Below, in pieces: positions 1 to 7,621 of a stretch of 29,263 nt of DNA. Each line of letters begins with the position of its first letter. Position 1 is the first letter of the stretch. The position numbers and the translations under genes were made by a program. The notes beneath the pieces are model-generated. The model was given only the letters and a program-made list of their open reading frames with translations. It ran no database searches and was not told the origin of the DNA. The stretch covers positions 1 to 29,263 of the forward strand of contig PXBF01000048.1 of the NCBI GenBank assembly GCA_003567005.1, in the 5' to 3' direction. Source of the DNA: PVC group bacterium (GTDB taxonomy: Bacteria > Verrucomicrobiota > Kiritimatiellia > UBA8416).

Positions 1-122
1 CTTCGGACCGGTCGCGTCGTCCAGTGGCAGATATGCCGGCTTTTGGTATGTGGAAGGACCGGGATGATTTACAGGACGTTAATGAGCATGTCCGGCGTTT
101 GCGGAAAGGGAGAACCTTCTAA
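1..122 (+). CDS. 3-prime end of a type II antitoxin (VapB-like), 5-prime truncated by the window edge
   Basis: Frame 3 is open from the window start and reads ...FGMWKDRDDLQDVNEHVRRLRKGRTF, stopping at 120-122. The stop overlaps the ATG of the downstream PIN toxin (TAATG), which is the usual antitoxin-toxin arrangement. Confidence 0.4.
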   Translation, partial: SDRSRRPVADMPAFGMWKDRDDLQDVNEHVRRLRKGRTF

Positions 123-499
123 TGCTTTTTGATACAGATGTTATGATCTGGGCTTTACGTGGAAATAAGAAGGCCGCTGCGTGCATAGATGAAACCGACA
201 TACTATACATATCGGCAGTCTCCTATATGGAGTTACTCAAAGGGGCACGGAGCAAGAACGAGCAAAAAGCTATTAAGGTCTTTTTGCGCGACTTGAGGTT
301 TGAGCATTTACCGTTAACGGAAGCCATATCTCATCGTGCCGTGATTTATGTCGAAGAGTTTGCTTTGTCGTCAGGGCTAGAGCTTGCGGATGCATTAATA
401 GCTTCTACTGCGTGCGAACAGGGAATCGACCTTTGCACAGCAAATGACAAACATTATCGCGCGGTTTCTGATCTGAGCATACATGTGTTTCGTCCATAA
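122..499 (+). CDS. vapC: PIN-domain ribonuclease toxin (VapC family)
   Basis: 125 aa. The acidic PIN residues are present: FDTDV near the N-terminus, MELLKG, ADALIAST and TANDKH. It is coupled to the upstream small ORF. GC is visibly lower than in the flanking genes. Confidence 0.8.
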   Translation: MLFDTDVMIWALRGNKKAAACIDETDILYISAVSYMELLKGARSKNEQKAIKVFLRDLRFEHLPLTEAISHRAVIYVEEFALSSGLELADALIASTACEQGIDLCTANDKHYRAVSDLSIHVFRP

Positions 500-523
500 A
501 TGATGACATAGTAGGAGGGCTGT

Positions 524-1888
524 ATGTTATATGACTTGAAAACGATCACGAGGTGGGTGGAGCAGCTAAAGGATGCGGTTGAGGCTGCGGATGCAAGTGC
601 TGCGGCAAAGGCCGCGAAGCAATTGTCCTCGCGACGGGTGGCGCGAGAGTTGACGGGGACGGATCCAGTATTCATTGCAAGCATCTTGAAGGATATTGAA
701 GAGGTGAAGGCTGGCCGCATTGCGGGGTATTTACCGGAACCCGTTGCGATGGCGGTTCTGGGTAGTTTGGGGATCGAAGATGCCTCGGCACTGTTATCGG
801 TAATTCCTCCGGATCATGCGTTAGGTTTACTGCAGGATATGGATGAAGAACAGCGCAAGGGTTTAATCGAGCGCATGGATGAGGCCAAACGAGCTGAATG
901 GGAAGCGCGCCGTGATTATGATGCCGCGAGTGCTGGAGCGGTGATGACAACAGAGTTTATTGTCGTTACGCCGGATTCAACGGTTGATGACGCCTTGGAT
1001 GCAATTGCTTCGGCTCCCCCCGAGATCGAAAAAAGCAGCTATGTGTATGTTGTTGATGATGGCGGGCATCCTTTAGGTGTTGCATCGGTCCGCGACTTGG
1101 TGCGGGCATCGCGCAAGGCAACCATGGATAAGGTGATGATCGGCAATTTGCTTGTAGCGCGCACGAATGATAAGGCCAGTGATGCGGCGCGTCTTTTGCG
1201 TAACCGGCGCTATGCCATGCTGCCCATTGTGAATGAAAATGGTGTGTTGGCTGGTGTTTTGACGCTGGATGATGCTGCCGATATTCTCGCGCGTGATGTG
1301 GCGGATCAATTCAGTGGGATGGGGGGCGATACGGGCGATGAGAATTTCTTCACGCGTCCCATGGGGGCGGTGAAGCGGCGGTTGCCGTGGATGGCAGGCA
1401 ATGTTTTCCTGAATCTAATCGCTGTGGCCGTGATCACCGGGTTTGAAGATACGATTGCCCAAGTCGCCATTTTGGCCGCGTTCTTGCCGATGATTACGGA
1501 TATGGGCGGTAACGTCGGTATTCAGTCCTTGTCAGTGGCGATACGCAGCATTGCATTAGGCGAAGCACAGATCCGGGATTATCGTAAGGCGGCGGTCAAG
1601 GAGCTGGTGGTGGGAGCTGTTAACGGTTTAGCGTTGGGCATTCTGTTCGGCGTGATTGCTTTTGCAATGCGCGGGCGGCTGTTGCTGGGCCTAGTTGCAG
1701 GCACGGCACTTGGTGTGAACGTGATTGTTGCCGGTGTGGTCGGTGGTTGCCTACCGTTCCTGATCAAGCGGTTGGGCAAGGATCCAGCCATGATGACGGG
1801 GCCACTGCTGACAACCATCACCGACGTCACTGGCGTCACCATCTACCTCGGCCTCAGCACGCTGTTCATCATGCAACTGGCCGCGTAA
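524..1888 (+). CDS. mgtE: Magnesium transporter MgtE (MgtE_N domain, tandem CBS domains, C-terminal TM channel domain)
   Basis: 454 aa. It has the conserved channel motif PMITDMGGNVGIQS, an N-terminal helical domain, a CBS pair (VVDDGGHPLGVASVRDL, MLPIVNENGVLAGVLTLDD), and an AGGAGG SD 8 nt upstream of the ATG. Confidence 0.9.
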   Translation: MLYDLKTITRWVEQLKDAVEAADASAAAKAAKQLSSRRVARELTGTDPVFIASILKDIEEVKAGRIAGYLPEPVAMAVLGSLGIEDASALLSVIPPDHALGLLQDMDEEQRKGLIERMDEAKRAEWEARRDYDAASAGAVMTTEFIVVTPDSTVDDALDAIASAPPEIEKSSYVYVVDDGGHPLGVASVRDLVRASRKATMDKVMIGNLLVARTNDKASDAARLLRNRRYAMLPIVNENGVLAGVLTLDDAADILARDVADQFSGMGGDTGDENFFTRPMGAVKRRLPWMAGNVFLNLIAVAVITGFEDTIAQVAILAAFLPMITDMGGNVGIQSLSVAIRSIALGEAQIRDYRKAAVKELVVGAVNGLALGILFGVIAFAMRGRLLLGLVAGTALGVNVIVAGVVGGCLPFLIKRLGKDPAMMTGPLLTTITDVTGVTIYLGLSTLFIMQLAA

Positions 1889-1925
1889 TCGCGTAGTGCG
1901 AATGTAAGTTAGATATTGGGCAGCG

Positions 1926-2960
1926 TTATATGTGACATGAATTGTCGCGTAGGGTGGCCACGGCTTCGTTGCGGGTGGTGATGGGTTTGTTGTATGCGCG
2001 GAACAGTTCTTGCATGCGTTGGTTGCCGAAGTCGAGGTTGTGGCTGACGGAATAGAGGGCGTAGAGGGAGGGATCGGTGAATGGGTGATCGAGGTTCAGC
2101 AGGTTGGAGATGGCGGATATGATGGTGCCATATACGTATCCACACCAGAAGGGGAGTGTGATGCTGCGGAAGGTTTTGCCTGGCAGATAGACATCAGCAA
2201 GGATTCGGTAGAATTGTTCGATGGTGGTGTGTTCGTTGTCGACGATGTTGATTGCCCTGCCGGCAGCTTCCGGGGCCGTTGCGGCAAGCAGGGTGGCGGT
2301 GGCGACGGTGCTGACATGTGCCAGGGGCCAGCGATTGGTTCCGCGCCATTTCCCGAAGTGGATGATACAGGGGGCATGACGTAGGAAGTTGACGATGCGG
2401 GGGGTGAGGGTTTTGTCGCCTTGGCCCCAGACTTGCGCGGGCCGGATGATGCTCCATTTTTCAGGGGGTAATGCGCGTTGAAGCATTTGTTCTGCCCGTA
2501 GCTTGTAAACCGGATACGGGTTACGGGGGCGCGGGTTACATGTCAGCTCTTCTTCCTGTTCGCCGTGATAGTCGCGCAGGCCATACACGTCTGTGGTGGA
2601 GATGAAGACAAACCGTTGGCAGTCCAGGGCGCGACTCATACGCACCAGGTTTTCGACGGCCTCGTAATTCGTTGCGCGAAAGGCACTGCGCCATCCGGTA
2701 TCCGAGGCGCGGGCGGCGCAGTGCACGATTGCGTCAAGTTTGGCTCCGTTTACAGCAAGTGTTTTTCCGATCTGATTACGAAATGTTTCTGTGTCTCGTA
2801 TGTCACCGCGTATATAGGTGATTTGCCCTTGGTGGGGCTTGATTGTTGCTGGGATTGTGCGGTGCACGAGTGCAAGCACGTGCCAGCCGTCGTCCAGGAA
2901 TGTGCGCATGATGTGTTCGCCCACGAATCCTGCTGCACCGGTTATGAAAACATGTTTCAT
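1926..2960 (-). CDS. NAD(P)-dependent epimerase/dehydratase-family (extended SDR) oxidoreductase; candidate 3-keto-sphingoid or ketolipid reductase
   Basis: Rossmann motif MKHVFITGAAGFVGEHI at the chosen start (M35 of the 378-aa ORF). The ATG overlaps the stop of the upstream alpha-oxoamine synthase (ATGA). It is the last gene of the minus-strand operon. Confidence 0.75.
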   Translation of the reverse strand: MKHVFITGAAGFVGEHIMRTFLDDGWHVLALVHRTIPATIKPHQGQITYIRGDIRDTETFRNQIGKTLAVNGAKLDAIVHCAARASDTGWRSAFRATNYEAVENLVRMSRALDCQRFVFISTTDVYGLRDYHGEQEEELTCNPRPRNPYPVYKLRAEQMLQRALPPEKWSIIRPAQVWGQGDKTLTPRIVNFLRHAPCIIHFGKWRGTNRWPLAHVSTVATATLLAATAPEAAGRAINIVDNEHTTIEQFYRILADVYLPGKTFRSITLPFWCGYVYGTIISAISNLLNLDHPFTDPSLYALYSVSHNLDFGNQRMQELFRAYNKPITTRNEAVATLRDNSCHI

Positions 2961-4222
2961 GGGATAAGACCGTATTTTCTGCCGCATTCGGCGAAGATGT
3001 TGAGTGCCTTGTCCATTTGTTCGCGGGTCAAACTGTTCATGATGCTGACTCGCAGGCGGCATTCCTTGCGCCGAACGGCGGGGTAGGTGACCACGTTAGT
3101 AAAGACACCTGCGTGCCGCAAGTCCCGCTGTAATGCGCCCAAGATGCTTTCGTTGCCGACTACCACGGGTAGGATGGCCGATCCGGTGCTGCCGAGTTTG
3201 AAGCCGAGTATTTGCAGATTCTGCTGCATGTAGTTGATATTATTCCACAGTTGTCGGCGTCCGGCAGTGTCGGTCTCGAGCAGTTTGAAAACCTCAATGA
3301 GACCGGCGATGGTTGGAGCAGGGATGCTAGTGGAAAAGAAGTACGTGCGGGCGAAAAAGCGCAGGTAGCGGACCATGGCGGAAGATCCGGCGCAATAGCC
3401 GCCGATCGCGCCGGGTGCCTTGCTCAGGGTTCCGCAGGTGAGATCCACATTGCCTTCGCAGTGAAAATGCTCGATCGTACCGCGGCCGGTCGCCCCAACA
3501 ACACCGAGGCCATGCGCATCATCAACCATAAGCCGGCAGTTGTAGGCTTTGGCCAGTGCAACGATTTGGTCCAGGGGGGCAAGATCGCCGTGCATGGAAA
3601 AGACGCCATCGGTGATAATAAGCCGTCCCTGTTGTTCGGCTGGCAGGGCTTTGAGAATCTTTTCCAGATGTTTCATGTTGTTGTGCATGTAGACTTTGAT
3701 GGTAGCGCCGGACAAGCGGCATCCATCAAAGATCGAGGCGTGATTGGCGGAATCATTGATCACGATATCACCAGGACCGCAGAGTGCGGAAATCACCCCT
3801 ATGTTGCCGGAATAGCCGCAGGGAAACATGATGGCATCTTCCGTTTTGTAGAAGCGGGCAATGCGCTCTTCCAGCTCGCGATGCAGCACGGAGGTACCCG
3901 CGTACAGCGAGACGGCACCCATGCCATAGCCAAATTCGTCGGTTGCCTTCTTGCTGGCCGCAATCACTTGCGGATGTGTTGTGATACCCAGATACGAGTT
4001 CGAGCCCAGCATGATGACATCGTGCTCTTGTCCGTCTTTTTCGCGGATGCCTACCTCGGCATTGGCAGCCCCGGTCAATGGCAGGCCGAGCCCGTCGATG
4101 TAGCCTGGATTGGTTTTGCGGATATAGGCATCGAGCCGCTCGACTTTATGAAAGATGTCATAGCGGCCTTGCTCGGGCACAAAGTCCTCGAAACGCATTT
4201 CCTGTTGATCGGTGTCCATCAA
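2957..4222 (-). CDS. PLP-dependent alpha-oxoamine synthase (serine palmitoyltransferase / KBL / BioF family)
   Basis: 421 aa. PLP lysine motif GTLSKA, LMVDDAHGLG, and glycine-rich GSNSYLG. Overall length and architecture fit Spt-like 2-amino-3-ketoacyl synthases. Start and stop overlap the neighbouring genes. Confidence 0.85.
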   Translation of the reverse strand: MMDTDQQEMRFEDFVPEQGRYDIFHKVERLDAYIRKTNPGYIDGLGLPLTGAANAEVGIREKDGQEHDVIMLGSNSYLGITTHPQVIAASKKATDEFGYGMGAVSLYAGTSVLHRELEERIARFYKTEDAIMFPCGYSGNIGVISALCGPGDIVINDSANHASIFDGCRLSGATIKVYMHNNMKHLEKILKALPAEQQGRLIITDGVFSMHGDLAPLDQIVALAKAYNCRLMVDDAHGLGVVGATGRGTIEHFHCEGNVDLTCGTLSKAPGAIGGYCAGSSAMVRYLRFFARTYFFSTSIPAPTIAGLIEVFKLLETDTAGRRQLWNNINYMQQNLQILGFKLGSTGSAILPVVVGNESILGALQRDLRHAGVFTNVVTYPAVRRKECRLRVSIMNSLTREQMDKALNIFAECGRKYGLIP

Positions 4223-5445
4223 TTGCCTTTCTTTTTGTGATAGCAGCGCAACGAGCGGTTATCGTCACAGTATATGGTGCAAAAATTGCAATTTGTACAG
4301 GCCGACCGGATGTCGGGATCCTGTTTGAGCTTGTTGGGGAAGTCCGGTTCGCAGATTAGCGGGCGGCATAAAGAGATACCATCGAGATTGTATTGCTCGA
4401 TGCATTGCCGGATATCGTTGATATCACGAATGCCGCCGACGGAGAAAACGGGCAGGGAGCAAGCTTGCTTGATGGCGGCGGCGGATGCGGCATTATAGGC
4501 ATGGCTGAAGGGCAGGAAGCGCTTGCGGTAGGTATCCGCACGCAGGCGTTTCCAGAGACCGCGAATGAGGGCAGGGATTTTATTGAACATGGGATTGACG
4601 TTGAGTACCAGATCGACGGGGCATGCCCCACGAATAATATTGAGGGCATATTCCATTGTGCCATAGCTGATTTCCACGGCATCAATACGCAATGGCTCCA
4701 AACGGCGCACAGTCTCGATGGTGTCTTCCTGCCGGATGCCGGGCACACGGTCTTCCGTTGCGCTTAGCTTTACGAGAATCGGATAATTGTGGCCGCAAGT
4801 GTTCTTTACTGCCTGTATGGTGCGTTCGAGAAAGAGGTTGCGATCCTTGCCCCATTGATCTTCGCGGTCATTGGTCCAAGGCGACAAGAATTGGTGGATC
4901 AGATAGCCGTGGGCGGCGTGCAACTGCACGCCATCGAATCCAGCATCCTTGGCACGCTTGGCGGCGTTTCCAAACTGTTGGATGATGCTTTCGATATGCG
5001 GCGTTTGCAGAACATGCGATTTTTCGCGGAAGTAGGAACATGCGCGTCGCGATGCACCATATACTTTGTTTTGGGTGATACGCTTGCGTGTCTGGCGTCC
5101 GGTGTGGGCGAGCTGCATGAATAGACAGGTTTCTGGATGCTGCTGCTTTACATGCTGAACGATGGCGTGCCAGGCGGCTTGTTTTTCGGGGGTATCGATG
5201 CCGCATTGGCGCGGCTGCATGGCGCGGCCCTCCTGCGAGATGTGGACGAACCCGGTGACGATGGTGCCTGTACCGCCAGCCGCGAGATTGGAATAAAGCC
5301 TTGCGAGGGACATCTCTGGGATGCCATCGGAATTTCCCATTCCCTCGTATGTTGCAGAGCGCACAATTCGGTTGGGCAACGTGATGGTACCCAGAGTCAG
5401 TGGGCTGAAGAGCTTTTCTATGGTGTCTTGCGTTGCTTGCTGCAT
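4219..5445 (-). CDS. Old Yellow Enzyme-family NADH:flavin oxidoreductase with C-terminal 4Fe-4S Cys cluster (FadH / 2,4-dienoyl-CoA reductase N-domain type)
   Basis: OYE N-terminus LFSPLTLGTITLPNRIVRSATYEG, HAAHGYLIHQFLSP, and a C-terminal CTNCNFCTIYC (CxxCxxCxxxC) cluster. Start is set at MQQATQD (5443-5445). The 172-codon upstream extension in the six-frame ORF reads through palindromic repeat A and the neighbouring gene and is treated as spurious. Confidence 0.75.
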   Translation of the reverse strand: MQQATQDTIEKLFSPLTLGTITLPNRIVRSATYEGMGNSDGIPEMSLARLYSNLAAGGTGTIVTGFVHISQEGRAMQPRQCGIDTPEKQAAWHAIVQHVKQQHPETCLFMQLAHTGRQTRKRITQNKVYGASRRACSYFREKSHVLQTPHIESIIQQFGNAAKRAKDAGFDGVQLHAAHGYLIHQFLSPWTNDREDQWGKDRNLFLERTIQAVKNTCGHNYPILVKLSATEDRVPGIRQEDTIETVRRLEPLRIDAVEISYGTMEYALNIIRGACPVDLVLNVNPMFNKIPALIRGLWKRLRADTYRKRFLPFSHAYNAASAAAIKQACSLPVFSVGGIRDINDIRQCIEQYNLDGISLCRPLICEPDFPNKLKQDPDIRSACTNCNFCTIYCDDNRSLRCYHKKKGN

Positions 5446-5446
5446 A

Positions 5447-5530
5447 TCTGCGGCTCGGCGGGGACGTCTCGCCCTACCTTCCGAGTTTGAAGGCATAGGG
5501 TAGGGCGAGCCGTCCTCGGCGAGCCGTGGT
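5447..5530. repeat. GC-rich palindromic intergenic repeat, copy A (about 29-bp stem, 19-nt loop)
   Basis: gcggctcggcggggacgtctcgccctacc / loop ttccgagtttgaaggcata / ggtagggcgagccgtcctcggcgagccg. The arms are reverse complements at about 25/29 positions. The copy lies between the PurM-like gene stop and the OYE gene start. Confidence 0.8.
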
Positions 5531-5579
5531 GGCGTAGTTACGCTTGGAGAATTCCGAGAAAGTTCTTTGATTGGTGCAT

Positions 5580-6572
5580 TCATGTTTTGGCGAGGTATTG
5601 TTGGGTGTATTCCTGTACGGCTGTGACATACGGTTCGAGTGCTGGGTATGCACGCGGGCAAGGGGGCGGCTCTGGAATAGGGCGATGCATTCCGGTGCTC
5701 CGGCTTGCATATATGCCCGGATCCGGCGACGGGATGATATCTGCAATCCGGGTGAATCCGGCTGCTTTCAGCATTTCGGTTTCCTCGTCGGTTAGTGCTG
5801 GTGTGGCAAAGAGTACTTCGTACTCGCCGGCACCGCCCACGATTGCGGCAAGTGCTTGCTCGCCAGCCGTTGCTGCGAAGGCCTGTACGGTTGCGGCGAG
5901 CGGGATATTTGCGAGTTGCAGGTTGATGCGCCAGTCGGGGTTGACGGTCTGCAGGCACCACAAGGCATCCAGGAGCCCGCCGCTGGTATCGATGCCGGCT
6001 GTGGCATAGGGGCGGATCAGGGACGTTTGCTTTGTGCGCAATTCAAATGCCGGAGTAGGCGCACCGGTAAGTACGGCGAGATTGGCATCACCAACCTCGC
6101 CGGTAATCCAAAGGTGTCGGGAGTCTGGACCGAAGCGCCGCAGGATTGGGGCCGGTGCGGTGACTGGACCTGCGGCAAAACCTGTATAGCGCCATGTCGG
6201 ACAGGTGGCCATATCTCCACCGAGTAAAAAGCATTGGGCGGCTTGCAACGTTGCGCTTATTCCATCGGTCAGTTGATCTGCAAACGCGGTGTCCGCATTC
6301 GAGGGGAGTGCGAGCGTATGCAGGAAGAATCGCGGTTCGGCCCCGGTTGCCAGAAGGTCGCTGATGGTGGCGGTGACCAGGTTTGCCCCAAGCTGGCGGG
6401 GATTCTCGGATGTGAAGTGGTCTTCTTCCGGGGTAAACTCATCCATGGTTAAAGCCCAGGTCTGTCCGGCGATGTCAACGAGTTCGGCATCGCTTTCGAA
6501 TAGCGCGTTTTGCTGTTGCGGGTCGCGTTTGAATTTCCCTGCGAATGAGCGGATAAAATCGTATTCGGTCAT
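5580..6572 (-). CDS. PurM-like (AIR synthase-related) ATP-dependent enzyme; ThiL/HypE/SelD superfamily
   Basis: 330 aa. The N-terminal pattern DAELVDIAGQTWALTMDEFTPEEDHF matches the PurM-like N-domain (D-x-A ... TTD ... HF). It also has GGDMA. The ATG overlaps the stop of the upstream kinase gene. Confidence 0.65.
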   Translation of the reverse strand: MTEYDFIRSFAGKFKRDPQQQNALFESDAELVDIAGQTWALTMDEFTPEEDHFTSENPRQLGANLVTATISDLLATGAEPRFFLHTLALPSNADTAFADQLTDGISATLQAAQCFLLGGDMATCPTWRYTGFAAGPVTAPAPILRRFGPDSRHLWITGEVGDANLAVLTGAPTPAFELRTKQTSLIRPYATAGIDTSGGLLDALWCLQTVNPDWRINLQLANIPLAATVQAFAATAGEQALAAIVGGAGEYEVLFATPALTDEETEMLKAAGFTRIADIIPSPDPGIYASRSTGMHRPIPEPPPCPRAYPALEPYVTAVQEYTQQYLAKT

Positions 6573-7621
6573 TACGTGTCTTCCTGTCTCTTTCCTTCCT
6601 CTGCGGCTCGGCGGGGACGCCTCGCCCTACCGGTCGGAGCTGAAGGTGTTGGATAGGGCGAGCCGTCCTTGGCGAGCTGTGGCACGTCTGGAAAGGACTT
6701 GGCATTACATACGCCTCCACAGATCAAGTTTAGCGCTTGTGGCAGCAAGTCAATCTGAATTGGCAGCCAGCCGCGTGGGTCGCCATCGAACTCGACGGCT
6801 TGCGACGTGTTGGCTTCCAGTCGGACGGATGTACCGGTTCGCATAAATACTGCCGGTGATGCTGTAGCGCGTCCGGTGTAGAAGCCCGGGAAAATGCGGC
6901 AGAGGCCTAGTGGCGTGCTGTCGTGAATGGCAACGACGGCAAGTTGTCCGTCAGTTGGCTGCAAGTCTATATCCAGTTTCAATCCTGAAGCAATATAAGG
7001 GTTTTTGAGAATGGCGATATGATTGAAGGATGTGATAGGTAATATTTCATTGTCCAGAACCAGCTTGCAGGGCACGGATTTACTGGTGCATATGGCGCGC
7101 ATGACGCCGGCCCCGGTTCCGAGTGTATCGCCGAGCCATCTGCGGTGACGGTTGGCAAAGGCAGCCACCGTTGCGCCAAGGCCGATGTTGCAACTGCAGC
7201 CAAAGTGTGCGTTGACAGGGGTGGTATCCACGGACGGTAGATATTGTATGCGGCATGCGTCCACGGCGCGTATCTTGCCGTGTAGAAGGGTTTGCAGTGC
7301 CTTCTGTGGATCGACCGGAATGTTGTGGAATCGACAGAAGTCCGGGCTCGTCCCTGCATACAGTACCCCCATGACGAGTTCGGGGTTGCCGGAGAGCAGG
7401 ATGCCGTCGAGAACTTCATTGATGGTTCCGTCGCCACCGACTGCCACAACCGTGCAGGCGCCTCGCGTCTGGCGCGCTACTTCGCGGGCATCGCCCGCCC
7501 CGGTGGTTATGACGGTTTCCAGATCAATGCTGGCTTTACGCAATGCCGCCAGCCAGGGGTCCCAGCGTTTGCGCCCTTTGCCGGAACGCGCTGACGGATT
7601 CATGACCAGCTTCATTTTCAC
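6572..7621 (-). CDS. Diacylglycerol kinase catalytic-domain family lipid kinase (YegS / sphingosine-ceramide kinase-like)
   Basis: 349 aa. DAGK_cat signature VVAVGGDGTINEV and an N-terminal MKLVMNPSARSGKG. The last roughly 35 codons are encoded by palindromic repeat B. The true C-terminus is therefore uncertain. Confidence 0.75.
   Translation of the reverse strand: MKMKLVMNPSARSGKGRKRWDPWLAALRKASIDLETVITTGAGDAREVARQTRGACTVVAVGGDGTINEVLDGILLSGNPELVMGVLYAGTSPDFCRFHNIPVDPQKALQTLLHGKIRAVDACRIQYLPSVDTTPVNAHFGCSCNIGLGATVAAFANRHRRWLGDTLGTGAGVMRAICTSKSVPCKLVLDNEILPITSFNHIAILKNPYIASGLKLDIDLQPTDGQLAVVAIHDSTPLGLCRIFPGFYTGRATASPAVFMRTGTSVRLEANTSQAVEFDGDPRGWLPIQIDLLPQALNLICGGVCNAKSFPDVPQLAKDGSPYPTPSAPTGRARRPRRAAEEGKRQEDT
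6600..6682. repeat. GC-rich palindromic repeat, copy B, embedded in-frame at the 3-prime end of the lipid kinase CDS
   Basis: About 85% identical to copy A over about 85 bp (gcggctcggcggggacgcctcgccctacc ... tagggcgagccgtccttggcgagctg). Same orientation as copy A. Confidence 0.8.

Noticed and set aside
3212-4240. 342-aa ORF on the plus strand antisense to the alpha-oxoamine synthase gene
   Set aside because: Its composition is Gly/Ala/Arg-rich and typical of antisense frames in GC-rich coding DNA. It has no motifs, and the minus-strand product has strong family signatures.
5446-5961. 172-codon N-terminal extension of the OYE ORF (4219..5961 -)
   Set aside because: The extension reads through palindromic repeat A and completely overlaps the PurM-like gene in another frame. 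The conserved OYE N-terminus begins at the Met at 5445. It is a high-GC open-frame artefact.
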